A stretch of DNA of 64,000 bases from Octopus bimaculoides (taxonomy: Eukaryota), in NCBI RefSeq assembly GCF_001194135.2, contig NC_068998.1:7159698-7223697 (forward strand). Reading direction: 5' to 3'. The position numbers were made by a program, and so were the translations under genes. Shown here in pieces: positions 25,101-37,067 of this stretch (position 1 is the stretch's first letter; each line of letters begins with the position of its first letter). A model generated the notes under the pieces. It did no database searches and had not been told where the DNA came from. It saw only the letters and a program-made list of their open reading frames with translations.

Positions 25101-25362
25101 AAAAAAAGCCATTGACAAAATGCAACACATGTGACAGCTTGCAAACCGCCAACCTTTTGGCTGGTTAGCAAATCAGCTCGGCCATATGTGCTCTAATATT
25201 TAACAGACATTATTCTTCGGTGAAATGGCTGAGCAGACCATAACGCATAACATTTACTTTAAATATTCTTTGTGATCATACATACAAAAAATATCGTTGA
25301 TGAAATCTGTTTTTGACTGCTTACACTGCTTTAATGGGGTGTGTATGCATGTGTATACATGG

Positions 25363-25397
<35 letters not shown>

Positions 25398-26035
25398 AAA
25401 TATATGCCTAAGCACACACACACACGCACACACACAAACACACACACACACACGCACACACACAAACACACACACACACACACACACACTTATATAACCT
25501 AGAGATTTTGCTTTTCTTGAGAGTATTCAGGCGTTATGCTTATTGTTGTATATACATCTATAAATCTTCATGACATCCTAAAAATCTACCATTCGAAAAT
25601 ACCCAGCATAGCTCGCTATTTACCTCTAATCTTCCACACTGTGACATTCATCACAGGAAAGAGAACTACATCAAATTGCAGAGTATGTACAATTTGTCAT
25701 TCTTCAAAGCGAACTACATAGAAAATATTCTATAGCAGAAGTTATCGACCATCAACTATTATCGTATATATCAGCATCTGATTACTCTATCGCTTTATAA
25801 TATGTAACAATTCCGAAGCAAGGCTGTGCAAAATATCCAACAGATGTTCCTGTGTCACTCATTAATTATATATATATTCCTACTTACTTTCATAAAGACA
25901 CACGCATATTTTGTGTGTGTATGTGTATTTATTGCCTATATATTAGATATTATATGTCTACGTGTAACACACACAAACACACACACACACGAACAAATAT
26001 ATACAAACATACTCATATATATGCATAATACATAC

Positions 26036-26125
<90 letters not shown>

Positions 26126-26364
26126 TATACTCGCACGTGTGCACGCATTCATACACATGTATTACTTCTGTGTTAATAGAGTTTTGTTTCAATGCTATAT
26201 ATCTATCGATTTTAACCAATACTAAGTGTAAACACCTTGTCTTCTACGTTACAGATATCTCATATATCATACATGATATATGCATGTATGTGTGTGTCTT
26301 TATGCATATAATACGTATATACGTATTATAAACATAAACACACGCACACATATATATAACATAT

Positions 26365-26690
26365 ATACATATGAACCCGGAACCATGTGGTTGGGAATCA
26401 AGCTACTTACCACACAGCCATTCCTGCACCTACAAGTAGGTTTATTTTCAGAGAAATGATAATCTATGAATCCGAAGTCTAAAACTTTTGGCACAAAGCC
26501 AGCAATTTCGATGGAGGAGTAAATCGATTGGATCGACCGCTGTGCTAAACTGTTTGTCATTCTATCGACCCCGAAAGGATGAAAGGAAAATTCGACCACC
26601 ACGGAATTTGAACTCAGAACGAGAAGACGGGCAAAATGTCGCAAAGCATTTTGTTCGTCGTGCTGAGGATTATACCTGCTCGCCACTTTT
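26365..26690 (-). mobile_element. Family B head (26365-26425) plus an old family A copy (26490-26690)
   Basis: gaacccggaaccatgtggttgggaatcaagctacttaccacacagccattcctgcacc; tatcgaccccgaaaggatgaaagg...ggaatttgaactcagaacg. Confidence 0.8.
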
Positions 26691-26724
26691 GCTTAAGTTG
26701 CAGATTAATACATACAGTTCTTTC

Positions 26725-26938
26725 TTTTTTTACTCTATGCAAAAAGCCCGAAACGTTTGGGGAGGTGACCAGTCGATTAGATCGACCCTAGTACGCAACT
26801 GGTACTTAATTTGTCGACCCCGAAAGGATGAAATAGAAAGTCGACCTCGGCGGAATTTGAACTCAGAAGGTAACAGCAGTCGAAATATCGCCAAGCATTT
26901 CGCCCGGCATGCTAACGTTTCTGCCAGCTCGCCGCCTT
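26725..26938 (-). mobile_element. Family A SINE monomer, 'tail A', with 15-bp TSD
   Basis: Full head to tail. Flanks acatacagttctttc (26710-26724) and acgtacacttctttc (26939-26953), two mismatches. Confidence 0.95.
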
Positions 26939-27024
26939 ACGTACACTTCTTTCTATACGATAACTATGCTATCAGTAGCTCATTTAAAGTTTGAAGAAAT
27001 ATCTAATTTCCCAATTTTTTATTG

Positions 27025-27290
27025 CAAGACAAATTTAACAAAAAATTGAATATCATAGTAATAATAAAACCAGTTGGATGAAAGAGAAATATATGTTAAA
27101 GTACTTAAATGTGAATTATCAAAATTTGACAAAGATATAAGATTTATAGGAAATATTTCAGAAGATCCTGACCAATTCCATAACCCTAAACCACAATACA
27201 AAAGAATATTTAGATTAGGAGGACATTCCATAAGAAACACCAACTCTTCTATGACACTAGTACAATTCCGTTAATTAGAGGCGTCTTCAG
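27025..27290 (+). mobile_element. Possible decayed non-LTR (CR1/L2/Jockey-type) ORF1 fragment
   Basis: QDKFNKKLNIIV, then after a frameshift DEREIYVKVLKCEL...YKRIFRLGGHSIRNTNSSMTLVQF. Resembles the R..NII..G.PE ... FRLG....RP.LV.F pattern of LINE ORF1 RRM-like domains. Motif recall only. Confidence 0.4.
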
Positions 27291-27314
27291 AAACTTGGAA
27301 ATATACAGATATAC

Positions 27315-27373
27315 GTCTGTGTGAGTGTACGTGTGTGTGAGTGTACGTGTGTGTGGCTATATATATGTGTGTA

Positions 27374-27451
<78 letters not shown>

Positions 27452-27587
27452 TGTATATATATATATACATTTATGTATATATATATGTGTATATATATAT
27501 ATGTGTTTATGTGTGTATGTGTATATTCATGTGTGTGTATGTGCGTTTATATATATGTATATATATGCATGTGTATATATGTATGCA

Positions 27588-27664
<77 letters not shown>

Positions 27665-27695
27665 GTGTGAATGTGTCTATGTATGTGTCTGTATA
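27315..27695. repeat. Compound (AT)n/(GT)n microsatellite
   Basis: Direct reading. Similar tracts at 25930-26150, 28840-29200, 34570-34870, 42000-42320 and 57370-57525. Confidence 0.95.
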
Positions 27696-28970
27696 TACCT
27701 TCAATATTTAATCAATAATCTATTACATATCACTTATGAAACCGTTTAACTGAATGAAAAAGGAACGCCCCAAGGAGCATATTATTGAATGAGATTATCG
27801 ATACGTGTCAATGGATTTTATGTAGCTTTTCCTACAATGAAGAGTTTAACGGAAAGAAATGAGAAATGGGAAGTGTCAAATGCACTGACGGTTAGAATTG
27901 CAATCAAAGGTTCGACAATACACGACACAAACGAGTGAAGTAATGGAAAACCCAGTTGGCAACAGATCTTTGCTGTTTTACTGAACTCTAATTCAGTCGA
28001 CATGCGAACAGACACAGCGATGTATCTTGCACTACTAGAATATTGTCAATATGAAACGTTAAAAGTGATATAAGCATCTATAAGAAGCTAATTATTAGTT
28101 AAGTGTATTTTATGATAGACATCTCAAAATTGGTTTACCGTGGGAAAGAGGAAAAGCCGAACTTTTAAGGAAAGACACTTTACTAGTGAGATATGTTTTT
28201 GAGGGACTATCAAGTAAAAGAAAGACTCTTCATGATGAAAGGTTCTTACTGAAACGTCAAAAGTGTTTTCGTTCCTCATTCGAAACCGATAATATTTTCC
28301 ACTTTTGAGCTGCTCGCCGATACAGAGCAACAATAAATATTTTCGTATTTTGCAAGTTTACTTCTTTATATCATAAAATATGAGGAGCACGCATATGAAA
28401 TTACTTGGATGAGGGCCATAGAGTATTATGAATGTTAGTCCTAAATGTAAGCTGTAACGCTAATAAATTTGATAGAATTCACAAATAAAACACTGATATG
28501 CACCATGGAAGTATTTAATATATGTATTCCAGAAATATTTATGTCAAATCAATTCAAATTTTCTTTCATAGCCTAAGTCACAGATAGGCAAGGAGCATTT
28601 CTTTGTGCTTCTCTTAGATGACGTATAAGACTGGTTGAAAAAGATCTAAGAAGAAACCATAATTTATGTGTTAATGAAGTAAAAAAAAACTGCACCAAAT
28701 ATCGAGTTGTTCTCAAATTAGAGACCTTCATTCAAATGCTTGCAAGGGTTAGATAGTAGTGTGACACCAAGAGATGTATTATGTGCACCTAGGAAGCCAT
28801 TTCTATTGAATAAAAATACATACGACGCCAATTCACAAACACATACGAACACACACACACACACACGCACGCACACACACACGTGTGTATGTGTATATTT
28901 ATAGATACATGTTATGTGCACATATATGTCCATATATATATTATATATATACATTATATATATAATATAC

Positions 28971-29005
<35 letters not shown>

Positions 29006-29044
29006 CATCATATATGTTTTATATATATTATATATTAGGTATAT

Positions 29045-29077
<33 letters not shown>

Positions 29078-29098
29078 GATGTATATTATATCTATATA

Positions 29099-29141
<43 letters not shown>

Positions 29142-30008
29142 GCATATACACATATACACACATATATCTACACATACATATATACACACACATAGAGAGA
29201 GAGAGATATACATTATCTGATAAAAGGTTAAATAAGACAACATTAAGACTCACGATTAAGTTTTATTGCGTTTAAATGAGGACAAACTAAACGATCGTGG
29301 TCGTAATAAATTAACCTTTTATAGGCAGGAGATACCTGCATTCATATGTCTCTGAGGGCCGCACAGAACGTGGCGAGGTATAAAAAGATGCGAGTGAACT
29401 ATTAAACACCAACGCCGCTTTTATGAATCTCTTTGAAGAATTAATAGTATACGTTCTCCAAGCTTCTATTTTGGATGATATTTCAATTAGTTTAATTTGT
29501 TCAATTGAGCCTGGAATAAGTTTTGCAGGAAATAAATGTATTCTCATTGCTAAAGTAACCCATAAAATATTTCTCTTAAAGTAACATAAATTACTCTTCC
29601 AACGCGCTTCACCAAACCGCAAACATAATAGCCATCCTGAAGACATTTATTATAAATATTACACAATATTACTTAATAATCCTATAAGTATCAACCATAA
29701 ACACATTATATGTAATTTAAACAAATAAAATATTGTAAATATATATTATGACAATTTAAAATCTGGGAATTATATATACACGCTCGGAATTACAAAATAT
29801 TATTTAATATAATTTTGTTATAAATTGAGGCAGACCTGTGTAATTTGAGAAATTTTTGTTTCTTCGACATTTATGTTTGTTACTTCAGGTATTAAAGCAA
29901 TTAGCTTGACACACGCTACAAACCATATACAATATCATAAAAAAAACAAAACAAACGCTGTACTAAAAGTTTAGCGGAGATGCAGATGTGCATATTTATG
30001 TAAAATCA

Positions 30009-30010
<2 letters not shown>

Positions 30011-30060
<50 letters not shown>

Positions 30061-30092
30061 AATCAATCAATCAATCTATCTATCTATCTATA

Positions 30093-30148
<56 letters not shown>

Positions 30149-30180
30149 AATCAATCAATCAATCTATCTATCTATCTATA

Positions 30181-30211
<31 letters not shown>
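30011..30211. repeat. (ATCT)n with (ATCA)n interruptions running into an N gap
   Basis: Direct reading. Confidence 0.95.
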
Positions 30212-30883
30212 NNNNNNNNNNNNNNNNNNNNNNNNNNNNNNNNNNNNNNNNNNNNNNNNNNNNNNNNNNNNNNNNNNNNNNNNNNNNNNNNNNNNNNNNN
30301 NNNNNNNNNNNNNNNNNNNNNNNNNNNNNNNNNNNNNNNNNNNNNNNNNNNNNNNNNNNNNNNNNNNNNNNNNNNNNNNNNNNNNNNNNNNNNNNNNNNN
30401 NNNNNNNNNNNNNNNNNNNNNNNNNNNNNNNNNNNNNNNNNNNNNNNNNNNNNNNNNNNNNNNNNNNNNNNNNNNNNNNNNNNNNNNNNNNNNNNNNNNN
30501 NNNNNNNNNNNNNNNNNNNNNNNNNNNNNNNNNNNNNNNNNNNNNNNNNNNNNNNNNNNNNNNNNNNNNNNNNNNNNNNNNNNNNNNNNNNNNNNNNNNN
30601 NNNNNNNNNNNNNNNNNNNNNNNNNNNNNNNNNNNNNNNNNNNNNNNNNNNNNNNNNNNNNNNNNNNNNNNNNNNNNNNNNNNNNNNNNNNNNNNNNNNN
30701 NNNNNNNNNNNNNNNNNNNNNNNNNNNNNNNNNNNNNNNNNNNNNNNNNNNNNNNNNNNNNNNNNNNNNNNNNNNNNNNNNNNNNNNNNNNNNNNNNNNN
30801 NNNNNNNNNNNNNNNNNNNNNNNNNNNNNNNNNNNNNNNTATGCCTACATAGGAAATGAAAGAGCTACAAAGATAAAACAATC

Positions 30884-31280
30884 CTTTTCTAATCTAGGCA
30901 CAAGACCTAAAATTTTGGGAGAGAGGGCCAGTCGATTAGATCGACCCAGTACGCAACTGGTACTTAATTTATCGACCACAAGAGGATGAAATGCAAAGTC
31001 GACCTCGGCGGAATTCGAACTCAGAATGAAAAGGCAGACGAAATACCTATTTCTTTACTGCCCACAAGGGGCTACACACAGAGGTGACAAACAAGGACAG
31101 ACAAACGGATTAAGTCGATTATATCGACCCCAGTGCGTAACTGGTACTTAATTTATCGACCCCGAAAGGATGAAAGGCAAAGTCGACCTCGGCGGAATTT
31201 GAACTCAGAACGCAGTGGCACACGAAATACCAACAAGCATTTCACCCGGCGTGCTAACGTTTCTGCCAGCTCGCCGCCTT
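30884..31280 (-). mobile_element. Family A SINE dimer: full monomer (tail B) plus headless monomer (tail A), single TSD
   Basis: Junction at 31047/31048 (gaaatacc|tatttctttactgccc). Flanks ataaaacaatc (30873-30883) and acaaaacaatc (31281-31291). Confidence 0.92.
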
Positions 31281-31872
31281 ACAAAACAATCGAACAAATA
31301 AACAAACACGTTCACAAACGTTGAAAAGGAATATATTTAAAAAGGAAAAAAGGCAAGTAAGATTTCATTCATAGAATATAATTCTAATGACTTGATCTCT
31401 GATTGGGGATTATGCACGTTCATCATCATTAGAAGCTTATTAGGAAAAAACTAATCCACTAAAACTGTCATGTTGTGGAAGTGGAACGAGTGCATATTTT
31501 GTGCTTTTCTTATCATCGGAGCTTTTTCTACTGTTAAATATAATTTGAATTTCTATTTGTATGCTGTCTATAATTACGTTACAGTTCGCTACGAAATAAC
31601 GAGTTTTTTCTAGTTTTGTTTCTGGAATTTCTCTTCAATGAAGAAAGTGTCGGTTTCTATTCTAGAAACAAAATTCTTTTAGTGGAATTAAAGTGGCGTG
31701 GTAATGCATGTACATGTGTATGCATGTATGCACATGTGAAACTAGCTTTTTGAGAGTTTTTTCTTGACTCTCTTCTCTGTTTTATTTCTTTTTTCTTCCT
31801 TCTCTTCCTACTCTCTCCTGGACTTGCCCATAGCATTTGACGAAAGACTATGTCTGAAACGTTATACATTTT

Positions 31873-32643
31873 TTACCTCCGCCAAGGAAGGAGGTTATGT
31901 TTTCATTGGCATTGGTTTGTCCGTCTCTATGCAAAATAACTCAAAGAGTTCTGAACGGTATTTAAGAAAACTTGCAGGAAAAATTGGTAATGACACAAAA
32001 AACAGAGGATGAAATTTTGGTAGTGATCCGGATAATTTTATGGATTCTAGAAAGATTTTTCATTTGTTATATTTACTTTACATGAAGTATTACAATGTTT
32101 CGTTCTTTGATTACCTTCCTTAAAAACACATCGTTTCCACGTAACCTGTGGTGGCATTGCTGCTTAGAGACAGTGTTGATGATGACGATGGTCTAGATAT
32201 GTATGGGAGGAGGATAAAATAGTATCGGTGACAGAAGCGGTATAATGTGTGATGCTGAGGCGATGGTGGTAATAGTGGTGTTGATGATAGTGTTATTTGT
32301 GTGATGGTGGTATTGCAGTGGTTATACCGGTTGTGGTGGTGTAAGTGACTGTCAAAGTAACCGTCATGATAACATTGATGGCGGTGTATGTGGTTGAAGT
32401 GGAAGCAATGATAATGCTGTTGGTGATGTTGGTGGTTGAGAACTGCTTCAGATGATTCCTGTTTTTAAAGGTTTTTTTTTCTAAAGATCATATAGCTGTG
32501 TTATTTTTTTCTTTACTCCCGCCAAGGAGGTTATGTTTTTGCCGGTGTTGGTTTGGGAAATTGGGCGGTTTTCAGCATGCGGGTATACGGGTGTAAATGA
32601 GCTGCTTGGCGGGGGTCTGCGCTCTCCGAATGCTTTTCTAGTT
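31873..32643 (+). mobile_element. Non-autonomous rolling-circle-like (Helentron-associated/HINE-like) element(s)
   Basis: 5' ttacctccgccaagg..gaggttatgtttt at 31873 and again at 32513; inverted subterminal cttggcgggggt at 32605-32616; then gcgctctccgaatgc hairpin and ttttctagtt end. Internal (GGT/GAT)-rich tract at 32170-32440. Confidence 0.65.
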
Positions 32644-33734
32644 TCTATAACTGTTTTCCTTCTCTAAGTTTCGATCCCCACGTTCAAAATTACAGGCTTT
32701 GTGTCTATGTTAGTGAATTAGTTCAAGGTTAGCTACGATCCTGGAGACCTATCATCAGAAGTTTTCAAACCGTGAACATCAACTTCGTATCCATACTAAT
32801 TTCTATATTGTCTAATATAACCATTCAATTTCTTTTAAGGATTTGAAAGGGATTTGGCATCTTCTTACAGCAGATTGCACAATAGCGTTGAGGATCCATT
32901 GTTGGCACTTGAAGGTTGTTTTTTTCCCCCCGCAATATCTGCAGTCTGTTTAATGGGTTGATAAAGGGACGGTAAAAACAAGCAACATGTCAGCGTGCTT
33001 TTCTGTATAAATGCGTAAAATGAAAACAATTTGGAAACATCGTGATTCCGAAACAAATAAATGGATAAACTTGACCATAAAGTAAGACATATTGAATAAT
33101 GAGGTCTTAACTACACAATACCCCACTAAACAAAATAAGAAGGTAATAGCTGGAACGCCTTTAACTGGCATTCTCTTCAATCAGGACTGAAGGTGAGCTG
33201 ATCAACATCAACCATTACTGTTGAAATGTATGAATATATACGAAGATACTTAAGGCGTATAATATATTTTGGTCATTCACTAGGTAATGTTATGCATTTC
33301 ATTGTATGTATTTTTGTGTGCATATGTGTGTATGTGTATGAGCATTTGTGTTTGTTTGGCGTCAGTATACGTTTGGAAATATTTTTAATGCGTACGTATT
33401 GTGGTTATATGTGTATGTGATTGAATGGAATGTAAAACGGTCGAGTGAATCAGGGTATTAAACTAGTTGCCTATGCCTGTAGTGTTTATATCATCTCCAT
33501 GAAAGACATTTTACTCTTCACGTTTTAGCTCAGTTGGGCGTAGAGAATAACTTTCCATATCTTTAAGAAAGATACTTGTGAGGGATTGGTATTTCTATAT
33601 ACACGCAGAATCTGTAGATTCATTCAATAAGTGTGCGTGCGCGTGTGTATTCCAGGCTTCTCAGCCGAAAATGTGTCCCAGCGAAATGCTGATTCAGTTT
33701 CTATTCCACCTAGCGATCGAATCCCGGATGTTCT

Positions 33735-33810
33735 ACCGGCGGACATCTTTCAGTTTCCGTCTACCAAATCCACTCACAAGGCCTTGGTCGGTCCGAGGCT
33801 ATGCCCAAGT
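33735..33810 (-). mobile_element. Family B SINE core fragment
   Basis: tctttcagtttccgtctaccaaatccactcacaaggccttggtcggtccgaggctat. Confidence 0.85.
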
Positions 33811-34615
33811 TACCAGAATGACTTAGATCATTAGTCACCTTGACTGAGATTGGCATAAATTTAACAACAACACTTAGTATTGGCATAATACTAACATGGC
33901 ATAATACCATTAAAGAAAGAACATTTATTAACTCGCAAAATCTACTAGAAACAGCAGTCAAATATCCAGCAGTTTATATATATTATTTTTAATAAATATT
34001 TAAGGAAGCATTCGAGAATGTTGACCTGAATAGGCTGCATTCACAAAAACAAAAACAAAAAGAAGATAGGTGGAACGCCGTTGATTAGAGGCCTCTTCGA
34101 TCGTGTCTGACCTGCGGTTAAACTTCAAAACCAACAACAACAATGGAGATAAGGCTAATGATGCTAAATTGCCGCCTTCATTAAAACGACTTTTTAATGA
34201 AGGCGACAGTTTTAATGAAAACGGCAACAATAAAATTTAAACAAGAAAGTAAAAGAGGTCTTCCCATCCCCCACACACTTCCTTTTCACACGCTATTAAT
34301 TCGTTTTTCTTTCTGACCCATCCCTGCGCTTTCCTCTTTCACTTATCATATTTTATACATAATGACGCGACGCTTATGAGAAACATTATCCAAAAATAGC
34401 AATTTAACTATAAGATTGTTCTAATTATTTTAACGATACAATTTTCTTTCTCTCTGAAGTACATTCATTTGTTTTTACATTATTATTCTTGAATATAGGA
34501 CATAGAACATTTTATATAATTATAAATGTGATTGAAAGAATTTGGAGGAAGAACTACTCTCAGATAAATGAACACACACACGGGCACACACATACACACA
34601 CATACACACACACAA

Positions 34616-34684
<69 letters not shown>

Positions 34685-35125
34685 TACGTACATACACACA
34701 AATGTCTATAGAAAATAACTCTTCCTTGCTATATGTCTATTTTACACATTCGCAGACAATACAGCAAACACAAAGACATACACGCGCACGCACACATACA
34801 CAAACACACACACACACACACACACACAACACACACACACAACACACGCATATACATATATACACACACCTATACAAAACGTGGGGATATAATCAAGATG
34901 GGTGAAATTTTACTCATATATATCTTCAAAAGAACACATCTAATTAGAGCTCGCACACACTTTTACACATTGCACAAATACTGTGTTTAGGTACATATGT
35001 ATACCTAAACATGTATGTGTGTATGTAATTGATGTGTCTGCCTATATATGCATAATGTGTACAAATAATATATATATATGTGTCTATATTATATAATAGG
35101 CATATATGATAATTATTTATAATTG

Positions 35126-35161
<36 letters not shown>

Positions 35162-35680
35162 NNNNNNNNNNNNNNNNNNNNNNNNNNNNNNNNNNNNNNN
35201 NNNNNNNNNNNNNNNNNNNNNNNNNNNNNNNNNNNNNNNNNNNNNNNNNNNNNNNNNNNNNNNNNNNNNNNNNNNNNNNNNNNNNNNNNNNNNNNNNNNN
35301 NNNNNNNNNNNNNNNNNNNNNNNNNNNNNNNNNNNNNNNNNNNNNNNNNNNNNNNNNNNNNNNNNNNNNNNNNNNNNNNNNNNNNNNNNNNNNNNNNNNN
35401 NNNNNNNNNNNNNNNNNNNNNNNNNNNNNNNNNNNNNNNNNNNNNNNNNNNNNNNNNNNNNNNNNNNNNNNNNNNNNNNNNNNNNNNNNNNNNNNNNNNN
35501 NNNNNNNNNNNNNNNNNNNNNNNNNNNNNNNNNNNNNNNNNNNNNNNNNNNNNNNNNNNNNNNNNNNNNNNNNNNNNNNNNNNNNNNNNNNNNNNNNNNN
35601 NNNNNNNNNNNNNNNNNNNNNNNNNNNNATGATTATTGACGCCATTAATAGGCAACCTCCTGTAATATGTGGACAGACGA

Positions 35681-35892
35681 AGGTAGCACGCTGGCAGAAA
35701 CGTTAGCTCGCCGGGCAAAATGCTTAGTAGCATTCCATCTGTCTTTACGTTCAAATTCCGCCGAGGTCGACTTTACCTTTCATCGTTTCGAGGTCGATAA
35801 ATTAAGTACCAGTTGCATACTGGAATCGATCGAATCGACTGACCCCCCTCCCCACAAAATTTCGGGCCTTTTGCCCAGAGTAGAAAAGAATA
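35681..35892 (+). mobile_element. Family A SINE monomer, tail A
   Basis: gctggcagaaacgttagctcgccgggcaaaatg...gaggtcgactttacctttcatc...aaatttcgggccttttgcccagagtagaaaagaata. Confidence 0.92.
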
Positions 35893-36230
35893 TGTTAACC
35901 GAGTGAATAACAAAGAACATAACTCCAATAATATCAGCCAAAAAAAAAAAAAAGAATGTAATGCCAATCTAGTTAGGAAAAGATCTTATCTTCGAAGCTC
36001 ACAAGCTGGTATTATTCAAATTATCTCCCTTGACTGCTCTTCTCTTTATATATTTTAAACGCCTATAGAACGAATATGTTTTTGTCTTCTAATTGCCAAG
36101 ATAATAAATATAGTTTAATCAAAATTTTGAGCTCAATTTATTATATATATGAAACTTTAGTGCAGCTGTATTCACCATGGCGACAAGTTTCTCTCACTCT
36201 TGTGGTTGATATTCTATTATTTATAGAAAG

Positions 36231-36622
36231 ATAAAGGCGGCGAGCAGGCAGAATGGTTAGCACGCTGGACGAAATGTTTAGCAGTATTTCACTGCGTTCT
36301 GAGTTCAAATTCCGCCGATGTCGAATTTGCCTTTCATCTTTCCGTCGTCGATAAATTAAATACCAGTTGAGTACCAGCGTCGATCTAATCGACTGGCCCC
36401 ATCCCTTCAAATTTCGGGCCTTGTGCCTAGAGTAGAAACGAATATTTTTCTTTTTGAGGCAGTGAGATGGCAGAAATGTTAGCACGCCTGGTGAAATGAT
36501 TAGCGGTATTTCGACTGCTGTTATGTTCTGAGTTCAAATTCCACCGAGGTCGACTTTGCCTTTCATCCTTTCAAATTTCGGGCCTTGTGCCTAGAGTAAA
36601 AAAGGATATTCGTAATCTTTCA
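36231..36622 (+). mobile_element. Head-to-tail pair of family A SINEs inside a perfect 15-bp direct repeat; a third head follows at 36640-36705
   Basis: attatttatagaaag at 36216-36230 and 36623-36637. Monomer 1 about 36234-36443; monomer 2 about 36455-36610 with an internal deletion. Confidence 0.9.
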
Positions 36623-36709
36623 ATTATTTATAGAAAGTCAAACGCTGCGTGCTAGTAGAGTGGTCAGAACGCTGGACGAAATGCTTAGCGTTATTTCACC
36701 CGTCACTAC

Positions 36710-37067
36710 GGAGAGAATCGCAATCTTACAGGATGATAATGCACCAATTCACACAGCTAAAGTTGCTACTGAATAGCACGAGGAAAAATTTAGTGAAGTT
36801 GAACATGTTATCTGGTCACCACATTTATGGTGCAGTTTAGAAAAACAAGTAAGGAGTCGATATCCTCCACCATCATCACTACGAGAACTGGAGACTGTTT
36901 TAGCTGAAGAATGGAATGGACAAACATTCCTTTGGAAACAATTCAAACTTTGTACGATTCCATACCTGGTAGAATTGAAGCTGTAATTACTGCCAAAGGT
37001 GATCCTACCCCGTATTAAAATAAATTTGTTTGAAACTTTAAGGTGTTTCTATATTGTAAAAACCCTG
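36710..37067 (+). mobile_element. Decayed Tc1 transposase C-terminus plus 3' end
   Basis: ILQDDNAPIHTAKVATE*HEEKFSEVEHVIWSPHLWCSLEKQVRSRYPPPSSLRELETVLAEEW, then after a frameshift IPLETIQTLYDSIPGRIEAVITAKGDPTPY* (stop 37016-37018). The SPDLN..E motif is deleted. Ends ...aaccctg-TA. Confidence 0.92.

Noticed and set aside
27268-34098. 19/21 match between ccgttaattagaggcgtcttc (27268) and ccgttgattagaggcctcttc (34078)
   Set aside because: Roughly one such pair is expected by chance in 64 kb and the similarity does not extend.
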